From positions 19,778,001 through 19,842,000 of the forward strand of contig NC_042998.1 of NCBI RefSeq assembly GCF_006345805.1: a DNA stretch of 64,000 nucleotides. Direction: 5' to 3'. This stretch comes from Octopus sinensis (Eukaryota). The position numbers and the translations under genes were made by a program. Position 1 is the stretch's first letter. Every line of letters begins with the position of its first letter. Below are positions 37,517-51,015 of the stretch, in pieces. The notes under the pieces were generated by a model. That model had not been told where the DNA came from and made no database searches. It saw nothing but the letters and a program-made list of their open reading frames with translations.

Positions 37517-38098
37517 CTACTACAAGTTCTGTATCAGAAAAAAATTGTTAAATTCTTCGAACAAATGACGATAATAATATATATATATTTCAAAACAATC
37601 TCAACAAAAACTGGGAACAGAAATTGAGTAAATCATGAAAGTAAGAATATTTTTTAAAAAAGTACAAATGTGTCAATACAAAAAACAACCACAAACAACC
37701 GCGAAGTAACGGCTTCACAAAAAAATAACAGCGTTCATGGAATGTTCTAAACAACTCAAAAATGTTCAATATAGTCTCTTGGGAAAAAAATTTTTATTTT
37801 TAAAAAAATCCAGGAAATATTAAAATCCATGAGAAAGTACAAAATTAAACCAATTCAGAATGTCTCTTTGGAAAATATACAATCCTGCTACTTTTGGTTC
37901 AATTTTTTTTTATGCATTGGTATACTTTTTCAAAATTAATTTTCTGTCTTAGTTTCTGTGTTATGTTCGCTGTCTTGTGAGGTATTTATTTCAAAGTTAT
38001 CTTCAAATTTTTTCTTTGAATTTTTATTTCATGAAATGAAGAATGGTGATAATAAGCCTTTTTAAAACTGTCTAAACTGACAGTTTCATTTTTTGCAT

Positions 38099-38501
38099 AC
38101 TCTTATACTCTTATACCTGTTTCAGTCATTTGACTGCGGCCATGCTGGAGCACCACCTTTAGTCGATCAAATCGACCCCGGGACTTATTCTTTGTAAGCC
38201 CAGTACTTATTCTATCGGTCTCTTTTGCCGAACCGCTAAGTGACGGGGACGTAAACACACCAGCATCGGTTGTCAAGCAATGCTAGGGGGACAAACACAG
38301 ACACACAAACACACACACACATATATATACATATATACGACAGGCTTCTTTCAGTTTCCGTCTACCAAATCCACTCACAAGGCATTGGTCAGCCCGCGGC
38401 TATAGCACAAGACACCTGCCCAAGTTACCACGCAGTGGGACTGAACCCGCAACCATGTGGTTGGTTAGCAAGCTACTTACCACACAGCCACTCCTGCGCC
38501 T
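38099..38501 (-). mobile_element. SINE family A, full length
   Basis: Head AGGCGCAGGAGTGGCTGTGTGG (A box), GGGTTCAGTCCC (B box), internal microsatellite, GAGTA-type tail. Confidence 0.95.
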
Positions 38502-38509
38502 ATGTATAT

Positions 38510-40290
38510 CTAAACTCATAGTTTTATCTTTGACTAACAAAACTTTGCACGGTCCAGTGTATTTATAATACAGTGAATGATGAGTGGTATCGTTACGTAG
38601 AAATATACGAGTCCAAGATTTAATATCAGCAGACACAAAACTTTTGGAAAAGAAAGAATATCAGGCAGAAATCTTTTAAGTCTCGATACGTAGCTTGAAA
38701 TATCTTCTATTGTTGTGTGGACGCCCCCAGACGATGAAGTAGGCTAGCCTAATACGTAGATATAGAGGGAGAAGTCTAGACGTCAGGAGTAGAATGAACA
38801 GTAGACTAGTGTTGTGTAGCGGTGAGAGTGGAGTCGAGTTGAGTAGAAGGCATCCGAACGTGCAACATAACATCTATGAAAGAAACCGGTTCGTCAAACA
38901 TCTGATTGGGCAACGTTAAAGGAGTTCTATACAAAAGTTCAGCTGGTGAAAATTGCAAGTTTTTCTTAATAGTACTCCTGATTCCCAATTATATAAGAAG
39001 CAAAGCCTCTAAACAACCTTTAGGATCAGAATAAATTCATAACGCTGCTTTTAACTGACGATGAAATCTCATAGTTTCCATTGGACTGTGGGTGATAAAC
39101 AGTTGTTCGAATTCTATGAATTCCCCAAAACTTATTAAATTTTGCAAAAAGTGTAGATTCACATTGATTTCCACGGTCTGTTGGGAAATACAATTACTGA
39201 ATATAGTTTTGGTTATAGTTACTGCACATGTGTCTGATTAGAAAAACTTCAAGCCAACGTGAAAAACGATCAATACAGGTTCACAAAAATTCATTACCTT
39301 CTACAGGAGGTAATGGTCCAACTATGTCCATATGTGTGTTCAAATCTACCATCAGGGTTCCTAAAGTCCCTAATGGTGCTTTAACAAGCGGATTCCCTTT
39401 TGCTTTTTGAAGCTGTATAAAAGACTGAACCAAAGAACGAATATCCCTATTCATTCCATGCCAGACAAGTCGATTTGATATCACTTTCATTGATGCCGCA
39501 ATACCAGGAGGCGATAAGTTATTTAAGGTAGAAAAACCAATTTTTCTGCGCTGTTCAGGCATACATGGTCTAGAAAATCCTGTGGAAATATCACAGCAGA
39601 TAAGTAATTTAATAGAATGAATTGGCAATAACTTGAATTTCCAAGCAGTGGAACTGGAATCTTTATACTGGGAAAATTCCTTATTTGCTGTTTGATCTTT
39701 AGACATTTCTCCTATATTAATTGAACTCAAAGAAGGAAATGCACCGATATTAATGCGAGAAAGAGCATCAGCTGCAGAAAGTTAACATCTTTGATATACC
39801 TTATATTCACATTGAAATATAATCAAGGTGTTTGACTTCTTTACGAGAATATTTTTGAGAAGGATTTCTTGGTGCATGTGTCAACGGTTTATGATCAGTA
39901 AATAAGGTGAATGACCTACCATCAAGAAGATGCTTGATGTATTTCATTGACAGATAAGCGGCCAGCAATTTTCTGCCGAAAATACTGTATTTCGTCACTG
40001 GTGCCTTGAACGTTTAGAAAAAAATGATAAAAGTTGCCAAGAACCACAATTAAATTTGTGTAAAACTCCACCAATTCCAGTATCGGGAGCATCAACTATC
40101 ATTGGTAATCTCGCTTCAGGAACCTGGTAGGTTAAGAGTATTGCTTCACTAAGTTCGTTTTGAATTCAATGCAAAGCTTGTAACTTTTCTCTTCTAAAGT
40201 AATTGCTTCGGTTTTCCTTTTCCAATATTTCAACAATTCCGTTAAATGGAATAAACTTTCCGTGTAGTTAGGCATAAATCGTCTGTAAAC
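38510..40290 (-). pseudogene. Ty3/Gypsy pol relic (RT thumb/connection, RNase H, integrase with GPY/F-like tail)
   Basis: Fragments FINVYRRFMPN, MIVDAPDTGIGGVL, YSIFGRKLLAAYLSMKY...FTLFTDHKPLTHA, zinc-finger-region NNLSPPGIAASMKVISNRLVW, HMDIVGPLPP, SPAELLYRTPLTLP and YTGPCKVL; many stops and frameshifts. Confidence 0.93.
38711..38872 (+). mobile_element. Solo LTR (162 bp), inserted antisense into the Gypsy integrase
   Basis: Termini TGTTGTGT...ACATAACA; perfect 5-bp TSD TCTAT (38706-38710, 38873-38877); integrase homology continues on both sides. Confidence 0.92.
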
Positions 40291-40305
40291 ATTAATGAAT
40301 CCCAA

Positions 40306-40337
<32 letters not shown>

Positions 40338-40339
<2 letters not shown>

Positions 40340-40460
40340 GAGTAGTTGAATAAATTATCTTATTATGGATAATTCTTCGGTTAACCGACACCTGGGTAGC
40401 AAATTCACGTCAGAATTCACGTTGTTAATTCGTCGTTCAACTCCATTCTTTCATTTATAT
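40338..40460 (-). repeat. Short (TA)n-flanked interspersed repeat, related to 59822-60175
   Basis: AATGGAGTTGAACGA and TTCTGACGTGAATTTGCT...ATAAGATAATTTATTCA are shared with the two ends of the 59.8-60.2 kb element. Confidence 0.75.
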
Positions 40461-40465
40461 ATATG

Positions 40466-40608
40466 CGGTTCAGCAAAAGAGACTGATAGAATAAGTACTG
40501 GGCTTACAAAGAATAAGTCCCGGGGTTGATTTGCTCGACTAAAGGTGGTGCTCCAGCATGGCCGCAGTCATATGACTGAAACAAGTAAAAGAGTAAAAGA
40601 GTAAAGAG
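40466..40608 (+). mobile_element. SINE family A, 3' fragment
   Basis: Matches the 3' third of the full A copies, including the tail. Confidence 0.9.
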
Positions 40609-40998
40609 TATATATATATATATATATATATATTTGAGATTCAGATGAATTAGGTCCATAAGTCGAAGCACCCAAAAATGATTGCGGTTTTATCCGCACA
40701 ACTGAAAATAAGGTGAATAAAATCAAAATAAGTAACATGATATCCAGAAGGGATGCAGTACATCCGTTTCAAGCGGCTCCATTTAATTGAACAGTGCAAT
40801 CATTACATAAATTTAAATACAGGGCTATCCTCAGCTGCATAAGTAAATAGAATTTTTCAATCAGTCGGAAACATTAATATAATTTTACTTAAATACTCTA
40901 ATAGAGTAAGAATTCAGACAAAGTCCATGCTGCCAGCACTTCCTCTTAGACGTTTGTAAGACATCAGGAAAAAACATTCATCAGTAATTACACATTTA

Positions 40999-41610
40999 AT
41001 TCCTTTCTATAGTGTTCCATACTACTGATCATATTATTATTTTTATAAAGTCCTTTATCTAAGTAGTCCTCCAAATTATACACCCCTACGAAAGTATATT
41101 ATCATGTATGTACTAGCACTGGTAACTTTACAACTTATAATATACCTCTTAGCTTATAATTAACATATAGCTAGCATGTTCTATCGCCTCAGTATTCCAT
41201 TAGTAAATACGTAGAAGAGTCTTTATTGATACCACCCAATAAATAAATAATTACGTATATGATAGAATATTAAATAAATTCTATATAATCTTCCCTTTCT
41301 ATTGTTGATAATATGGCATACATACTTCATCATGGTTTTACTGATGAAATTATTCATTCCTTTCTATGGTATTCTACCCTACTGATCATATTATTTTTAT
41401 AATGGCCTTTATATAAGTAGACCGTCTAATTATGTACCCCAGGGAATTTACATTAGGTTGTATATAATAGCCCCGGTAACTTTCAAACTTAAAATATACC
41501 TCTGAGCTAATAATTGATATGCAGTTAGCATGTTCTATCGCCCCAGTATTCTTTTAGTAAATACCGGGATCAGTCTTTATACCACCTCATAAATATGTAA
41601 GTATATGAGA
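40999..41610. repeat. Diverged tandem duplication, period about 357 bp
   Basis: ATTCCTTTCTAT at 40999 and 41356; CTACTGATCATATT and TAGCATGTTCTATCGCC also recur; the second copy is interrupted by a SINE at 41613 and resumes near 42020. Confidence 0.8.
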
Positions 41611-41612
41611 AT

Positions 41613-42008
41613 AGGCGCAGGAGTGGCTGTGTGGTAAGTAGCTTGCTAACCAACCACATGGTTCTGGGTTCAGTCCCAATGCGTGGCACCTTGGGCAAGT
41701 GTCTTCTGCTATAGCCCCGGGCCGACCAATGCCTTGTGAGTGGATTTGGTAGACGGAAACTGAAAGAAGCCTGTCGTATATATGTATATATATATATGTA
41801 TGTGTGTGTGTTTGTCCCCCTAGCATTGCTTGACAACCGATGCTGGTGTGTTTACGTCCCCGTCACTTAGCGGTTCGGCAAAAGAGACCGATAGAATAAG
41901 TACTGGGCTTACAAAGAATAAGTCCCGGGGTCGATTTGCTCGACTAAAGGCGGTGCTCCAGCATGGCCGCAGTCAAATGAGTGAAACCAGTAAAAGAGTA
42001 AAAGAGTA
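41613..42008 (+). mobile_element. SINE family A, full length
   Basis: Complete head-to-tail match to the other A copies. Confidence 0.95.
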
Positions 42009-42068
42009 AAAAAAAAGAGAGAGTATGAATGAATATTAAACTGATTCTATATAATTTCTGTCTCTCTC

Positions 42069-42119
<51 letters not shown>

Positions 42120-42703
42120 TGTTGAAAATTTTGGTATATATTCAAAATATATCTTTTTGGTTACATTTTTCTTGATAATCCTAAATTTTATTTTCGTACA
42201 ACATAACAATATTGTTTAAATCAATCACCTATAGTACCCCATGATAAAATTTTCTCTGTATGATCATCTTTGGTTTTATTAGCGTCTTGCCCCTTTAACT
42301 GGTAGTTAACATCTTGATTTGAGGTCTTCCACTACCCAACCGCCTTATAGTAAGTTAGTTTATACTACTTTAAAATAATCTTGACAAGTTTTATGACCAT
42401 ACCCACTATGTTCTGTCAACTCTCTCCTGCCTTTTCGTAACAGATACAAATCTCTAGTCTTAGATTTGGTCATTGATAAACAAAACCAATAGATTAAAAC
42501 TGAACCAAAATCCGTTACATGCTATGACCCCAACAAATGTTTTACCTGATATCTTAGAAATTTCTAAGTAGAAGTGCTGGAACAGTCGTATTGCATCACC
42601 TCTCGATATCCTGTTGCTTATTTTGGTGATATACATCTAAAAATATATGTAATGCACACACACACACACACACCATATATATATATACACATATACATAT
42701 ACT

Positions 42704-42781
<78 letters not shown>

Positions 42782-42792
42782 ATATATATACA

Positions 42793-42987
42793 TCTATCTA
42801 TCCGCTCAGTCGAAGTCGACTCTCGGTTACTCGTTTAGATCAGTGTCCTCCAGTTAGTTCTATCCTGGGACGCTTCTTTCAAACTGGCTATGTCCATTCC
42901 GGTATCACTCTTGATGGTGTCAAGCCAGCGGGCTCTTGGTCGGCCGCTTCCTCTCTTGCCACTGACCATTTCGAGCATGGATATACG
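42793..42987 (-). mobile_element. RTE-clade LINE 3' end, 5'-truncated, embedded in (TA)n
   Basis: [48 protein letters not shown] matches the RTE/BovB-type C-terminal 'GKRxRGRPRxRWLD...DRxxWR' signature. Confidence 0.85.
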
Positions 42988-43557
<570 letters not shown>

Positions 43558-43568
43558 AAAAAAACAAA

Positions 43569-43621
<53 letters not shown>

Positions 43622-44364
43622 AGCACACTTGAGCAATAGTGTGGCCGTAAGCATCCATATCTTCATGTTCGACGACAAATTACTGAGAAAATGACTGCAT
43701 CATTATACAACGATGGTGTTTGTCAACCAGCAGTCGCTTATATACAACATTATTCTTGGTGGTTTAGATATTTTGCGACTTCATAAAAAGAATGACTAAG
43801 TCAACATGATCGAAATTTAACGTAAATGATCGGCATGCACTACATAATACTTTTTTTTCAATTCTGCTAAGTGAACGCCAACTATATACCTGCATTCCCT
43901 CTTAAATCTATGTGCATAAAACCTGCGAAGCTTACGCACATTTATTTAAGGAAATTGTTGGACTTCATTATTTTGTAATCATCCTCTCGCAAGATATATT
44001 TATTCACGCATTTCGAATTGTGTAATACAGAAAAGGAATACATTTAGAATATAGAATATAATCGTGTTCGATTTTACAGAAGAATAATTCAGTTAACTTG
44101 TTATCTCTCTACCAAGACAGAACAGTTTTGGATAGTGATTACATTATTTCAATTCTAAAGTAGAATTGTTGTATAGAAGAGGACATCAAAGATATTACCA
44201 TTTCCTAGGTAAATACAGTTCCTAATTCATATATATTTTATTTGAAATGTTATACGGTCATATATACGTAAGTATACATAAATTCGTACAGACGCTCAAT
44301 GATGCATAGGAACAGTCATCTATATACACACGTATACACACACAGGTATATACATACATGCATG

Positions 44365-44411
<47 letters not shown>

Positions 44412-44595
44412 GTGTGTGTGTGTGTTGTGTGTGTGTGTATATATTACTATACAGAAACATGAAGTACTTGATACAAAATGAATATGATATAGTAAAAACA
44501 TACATAGATGCGTATAAATGTATATATGTGTGCACTTAGGTATAAATCGCATAATATTATCTGTTCATCGATTCTTTGTAGTACGGAAAATTGTT

Positions 44596-45000
44596 TACTC
44601 TTTTACTTGTTTCAATCATTTGACTGCGGCCATGCTGAAGCACCGCCTTTAGTCGAGCAAATCGACCCCGGAACTTATTCTTTGTAAGCCCAGTACTTAT
44701 TCTATCGGGCTCTTTTGCCGAACCGCTAAGTGACGGGGACGTAAACACACCAGCATCGGTTGTCAAGCAATGCTAGGGGAACAAACACAGACACACAAAC
44801 ACACACACACATACATATATTTATATACATACATATATACGACAGGCTTCTTTCAGTTTCCGTCTACCAAATCCACTCACAAGGCATTGGTCGGCCCGGG
44901 GCTATAGCAGAAGACACTTGCCCAAGATGCCACGCAGTGCGACTGAACCCAGAACCATGTGGTGCGTAAGCAAGCTACTTACCATACAGCCACTCCTCCT
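44596..45000 (-). mobile_element. SINE family A, full length
   Basis: Complete match to the family. Confidence 0.95.
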
Positions 45001-47540
45001 CCTGTTTATTGAAATTAAGTGTAAAATCACCGTGAAATCGCAGAAAGTTGAGCAATGCTTCCAACGCACTTGAAGATAAAATCGGTGAAAAATATAAAAA
45101 AAGAAATTATTCGGTTGTGTGTTATATGAAGGCCTCATTAATGATACTAAACTCTATGCACTGAAACCGTAAAAAATAAAATGAAGACAAATGTTTTCTA
45201 TCGTAAAATATAAAGCGCATGCTCACTTAATGTTATTCCTTTCATTTCTAAAGTTACATTTACGTTTTGCGTAAGTCTCTTATAAAGACAGTCTGTATCT
45301 TATTGAAAAGAATGTCCGTCTTGTTCTATAAAAATCAATATTGCTGATAAGAAATCTGAAGAACAAACGTGTAAAAAATTGGGAATTTGAACACTTTTCA
45401 AAAGATATAGAGATATTACATTTAACATGATATTAAGATATAACTTGGAGACATCTATACTACTCTATCAATTGATCTAGCTTTAGTGATACATTAACAT
45501 GAAATCCAATATCTATATGAATTCATTTAACGCTATTTAATCATTCTTTTTGCTGATAATTATTACGTTGCTAGATTCAGGAGTTCAATATATTTATGCA
45601 AAATAAAAGTTGCATGTGTACAGAATTTTTTATCCTTATGTTCACTGAAATCTTTGGAAATCTGAATTCTGACTATATTGCCCCCACCCCACACCCACCG
45701 AATTCCATTGTATACATTTACTTCAAATTACTTTCTGTTGGTACTATTATGTAGCATTACCAAATACAGGTAAAATCGATCTAATCTGATCGATATGAAT
45801 CTAGAAATGAAAGAGCGTAACAAAAGCCCTGTGAAGTTCATTTTATCTTTATTTCAAACATATAACCCCGAAGAGTTACCGTTTTATTTCAAACGTAATT
45901 TAAGGGAAAATATGTTCCTCGTAAATTATCCACCTTTAAAAATTTTTCATAATTAAATTGGATGTTTGCTTTAAAAATGTTTAGACGTTAATTATACGCA
46001 TCAAACGGTTTCCATTTCTAATACTTTTTTAGACAGCAATTGTCATCTATATCTACTTCGTTTAATAGTGTATGCCTTTCGCTCGTCATGTTTTTCTAAC
46101 ACTCATCTCTTTTCTATTAGTGATATCTTCAATAAAGATATTTCGGTAATTTACCCAGTCTTCTGCATAGTGTAGGTACAAAAGCTTATCGGAAAATCGT
46201 TAACTCGCTTAAATTACTGGGTGGCATAATTCAGTTTAAAGTAGATCTGAAATTGGTTATAACATATAGGACATTTTCTTCAGTAAGTTAAATATATTAC
46301 CCTTGTTCACAGATACCTAGACAGATTTTAATAATCTAATCAGTTTAGCTAATACAATAGCTGATATGAAAATGGAATTTCTACCTACGGTTTGGTAATT
46401 CAATAGCAGGAATTCGTATATCGTCCATTATAAAATGCTCTATTAATAACTTTAAATTAATTGTCAATTTCTTGTATCTGAAAACTGAAATATTTTTTAG
46501 TAGCCAATATTTTATGCGTTCGTCCAATTCCATACCTTTACATGTGTGATACTATTGAAGATTCATGAATTATAAATTGTTTATTAAGAACATTATTAGT
46601 GTGTGGGGGTAAGATATAACGTGAAGTATTTTTGAATGGTCAACGTCCTACGTAACAAGTATATTGTACTACTAATCCTACTCCAGGAAGACTAGAAAAT
46701 TTACTCCAATTGCATTTATCTATCATTCTCTCTCCATATCCATCTCTTCCACTCTCTCACAGTCTCTTTTACACACACACATGTACACACACGCCACCAC
46801 ACGCACACTCAAACACTCACAGAGGCTTACATACTCACACATTCATACACACACATATATATATCCCATAGTTTACAGATGCGTGGTATTTCGTTACGAA
46901 TTTCCAAAGGAAGAGTGTAACGATAAAAGTCGGTGAGAGATATTATGTTCACGTTTAAACATGTATGATAGAGTTTCCCGTTGATTATAGAGAAACTAAC
47001 AAACCTGAAAATTTAATCAAAGAGAACAATGTCTATATAGCGAATCAACCTGCAACATTTCTTGACCGGATTTCCGAACTATTCTATATACAACTGTCAA
47101 CATCAGCCGTTCATAATTCTGTAGCCATTTTGAATAGTCTGAAGCTCGGCGCTCTTGTTCAACTGGAAAAAAGCGCTTGGAAAATGTTTCCAGTCATTAA
47201 GACCAACTGCTCTTGCAAACCGCTATCCTGAGATACGCTATCTTTGAGACACTATAATACGAGACTGGTCGTTATAGCCTCAAATAAGACACTATAATAA
47301 GTCACTGGTCGTTATAGCCTCATATGTTTCTCTGATATTTCATTTTCTTACATCAGTTTCTCTGAATAGTACAAACCACGTTTAAAAGCAATGATGCAAT
47401 ACTCATAGTTCAAACCTGTTGCTTTATGATACACCGATGTATTGCGCATTCGTAGGTATGTGCATATATAGCCACATAAAAGTACATGCACACATATATG
47501 TATATACACACGTGCGCACACGAACACACACAACGACATA

Positions 47541-47660
47541 GATAGATAGATAGATAGATGGATGGATGGATGGATGGATGGATGGATGGATGGATGGATG
47601 GATGGATGGATGGATGGATGGATGGATGGATGGATGGATGGATGGATGGATGGATGGATG

Positions 47661-47756
<96 letters not shown>

Positions 47757-47760
47757 GTTA
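47541..47760. repeat. (GATA)n/(GATG)n tetranucleotide microsatellite
   Basis: Directly visible. Confidence 0.97.
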
Positions 47761-47836
47761 GATACATGCATGCTTACAAACACACAGATAGATTGACAAA
47801 CAGTTTGATAAACAGATAGACAGACAGACAGATAAG

Positions 47837-47955
47837 TTTCTTTATTGGCCACACAGGGCTGCACACAGATGGGACAAATTACAAAGTAGAGCTTTTATTT
47901 TGGGGGATGAAAAATAAAAGTGGCGTAGGTTTTCGATGAAGAGGGATCGTAAAAG
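47837..47955 (-). mobile_element. L1/Tx1-like LINE extreme 3' end (second copy)
   Basis: TTTCTTTATTGGCCACACAGGG...ATTACAAAGTAGAGC...TTTTCGAT is shared with 19475-19590; both copies abut GATA/GACA-type microsatellites. Confidence 0.7.
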
Positions 47956-49530
47956 GGAAAAAAGAAAAGAAGAAAAAAAAAGGAAAAGAAACAAAAGAAA
48001 AGAAAAAAGAAAAAAGAAAAAAGAGGAAAAAGGGAAAAAGAAGACATATAGATAGATAGATAGATAGATAGATAAAGAGATAGGTAGATAGATAGATAGA
48101 CGGATAGATACATACATACTTACAAACATACATACATATGCACACAGGTAGATTGAAAAACAGATTGATAAACAGATAGACAGATAGATAGACAGACAGA
48201 TAGATAGATAGATAGATACATACATAGAGAGAGAGAGAGAGAGGTGGGGGTATATGTATGTATTTATGCGTATATCTATTTTTGTGTGGGTATATAAGCA
48301 TGTACCCCTGTATTCGAAATACACTGGTGTACCTTGAGCTATATGTTTGAATTGTTAATATTGCGTGGTTTGTATAAATGTGGTTTGACCTGTTCTGCGA
48401 TGCTGATGTAACAAAGTGAGAATATCAGAAATATATGAAGATATAATACGATATTATATATAGATGTGGATATCTATACATATACATATTTGTGAGTGCA
48501 TCATTCAGTATATATAATTGTGTGCGTGCGTGGGTTGCGTATGCGTGTGTATGCGCGTGCGTGCGTGCATATGTGTGTCTGTGTATGTGCATGCGTTCAT
48601 GTTTGTATTCCTGCCGTCGAATGTGTTTGTCCGCCCAATGGAATTCTTGATGTTTTGAAATTATCTTAAATGTTCAAACCTCATATGTTTGGAAGTGTTA
48701 TATGGAATCATAAATTACACGCTCAGTTTTTCACTTTGAACTATTATCCTCCTGGGATACAGAGGTATAAAGATATAAATTGAATAATCTCGATCACAGA
48801 CAGTTTGCATTAAGTCCACAAACTAGTACATGGAAACATTATCTTCTACGAGCTAACACTTATTCATGACTGATGTATAAACATTTTTTTTTTTTTATAT
48901 TCTGAATATAATATACGCAACATACTTGAAATTATTCCTTGGATATGATGAAATGATTTAATGAATTTTTATAGAAACATTACACATCAGCGATTCTAGA
49001 GCTACATTTTGAATCCATAGCGTATTATTAAATGTTCTAAAGTCAATAGAGAAAGTAATTTATGTTGTGCATGTCACTTTATATAATGTAGTGACTTATT
49101 TTATGGTCTTTTTCCATATGGTTCTCTTCCATTTTGTGAATTCTTCGCAAGAGAGACATAAAGCACATAAAGCAATCTTAATGTGTCTTTTGAATCGAAA
49201 CCTCTCCAGTTCAATGTTGAGACTTTTCAGTCGTTATTACTTTCTACACAAAAAAATGCTGTTTTATTATATTTTGATACCAGAAGAAAGTTAACCATCC
49301 TGTGTCAGTCTCTCCTATCAGTACTACTTGAGTTTTGAATACAAGAAACTTTAGAAGAATTAAGTGTATAAGCGAAGTTCGATTCTTTTAAATAGAATTC
49401 GGTTTAGTTTCTTGTATTTTTCTTTCATTTTTCTGCTTTTAAGTCCATTTATTTCGTCCCGTAATCAGTAGCAAAGATTCTTGCTTATTACATTCGTAGG
49501 CCCTCCGAAGTCGGTGAGAAAATATCTGTT

Positions 49531-49737
49531 ACTCTTCTACTCTTTTACTTGTTTCAGTCATTTGAGTGCGGACATTCTGGAGCGCTGCCTTTTAGTCGAG
49601 CAAATGGACACCAGGAATTATTCTTTGTAATCCTAGTACTTATTCTATCGGTCTCTTTTGCCGAACTGCTAAGTTATGGGGACGTAAACACAGCAGCATT
49701 GGTTGTCAAGCGGTGTTAGGGGGACAATGATATACAA

Positions 49738-49827
<90 letters not shown>

Positions 49828-49993
49828 GTAGACGGGCTTCGTTCAGTTTCCGTCAACCAAATCCACTCGCAAGGTTTTGCTCGGCCCGTGGCAATAGTAG
49901 AAGACACTTGCCCAATGTGTCATGCAGTGGGACTGGACTCGGAACCAAGTGGTTGGTATGCAAGTTACATACCACACAGCCACTCCTGCGCCT
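49531..49993 (-). mobile_element. SINE family A, diverged, with expanded internal microsatellite
   Basis: Colinear with the other A copies. Confidence 0.9.
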
Positions 49994-50629
49994 AATATAT
50001 ATATATTTTATAATTGCAAGTTGACGCTTATACGAAAGCCCACTGAAGGGAATGCCAGTGAGGTTGTACATAAAAAAACTGAGGAAGGTAATTCGAAATT
50101 TGCGATGAACAGAGAAAAGACAAATGATGCAGGAATACTTAGGTTGTGATGAATCAAGACTAGCAAGCTCAGAAACATTTCATGCCATGTACTAGATAGA
50201 AAAAGCATACGTAACAAACAGCTCGTAAGATGGCAAATAATCCTGGAAATTGATAAACACTGTTCAAAATAATTCTTATTTTCTATTAATCGATGGGCCC
50301 GAGGAATTTCGGAGTCATCTATGACACCAAAAGAGTGCATAAAAGTTTTGAACTGATCTCTATGCCTTGATATTATTTCCTTATGGTAAACATTACTAAC
50401 TGACACAGAATGTTACCCACAAGACAAATCCAATAATTTTGTCTTTAAACACAGGTTCTGGAACTGGTTAGAATACATGCTCAAACAATTCCAATTGTTT
50501 TATAATATTTTGTTGGTATAATTTTAAAGATTCCTGTTTAGAATTCAACAATTGCAGCGTGGTAGGTGTTTATAAACCATTTAAGAAACACACGAAAACC
50601 GTTAGCTTCACTACAACACTTAGATTTCA

Positions 50630-50680
50630 TTTGCCAAAATATTTTCGTCGCTTTGAGACCGCGAACTATTCACTGACAAA
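50630..50680 (-). ncRNA. Minimal type-I hammerhead-ribozyme-like motif, variant core GUGAAUA
   Basis: UUUGUCA-GUGAAUA-G-UUCGC-GGUCUCAAA-GCGAC-GAAA-AUAU-U-U-UGGCAAA: 7-bp stem I, stem II, A-U pair capped by palindromic AUAU. Lies in a ~170-bp repeat also present at 60252-60400. Confidence 0.55.
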
Positions 50681-50788
50681 CTTCCATGCCGCTGTTTGGA
50701 ATTGTTTAATTATTATTGTGTATCTTTCTGACAAATATCGTGATCGCTGGAATTCTACAACTTGTCAACAGTATATATTTTGCTCCAG

Positions 50789-51015
50789 GGGCGGCGAGCT
50801 GGCAGAAACGTTAGCACGCCGGGCGAAATGCGTAGCCGTATTTCGTCTGCCGTTACGTTCTGATTTCAAATTCCGCCGAGATCGACTTTGCCTTTCATCC
50901 TTTCGGGGTTGATAAATTAAGTACCAGTTACACACTGGGGTCGATGTAATCGACTTAATCCGTTTGTCTGTCCTTGTTTATCTCCACTGTGTTTACCTTG
51001 TGGGTAGGAAAGAAA
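50789..51015 (+). mobile_element. SINE family B1, full length, with 19-bp TSD (1 mismatch)
   Basis: TATATATTTTGC(T/C)CCAGGG at 50772-50790 and 51016-51034. Confidence 0.93.

Noticed and set aside
46965-47231. 88-aa plus-strand ORF
   Set aside because: No motif or splice context; it may simply be antisense to the 47162-47050 exon candidate.
50008-50406. 132-aa minus-strand ORF with a hydrophobic C-terminus
   Set aside because: No recognisable family, it ends against a SINE head, and its length is not clearly beyond chance; only an internal 32-nt exon candidate is kept as a low-confidence finding.
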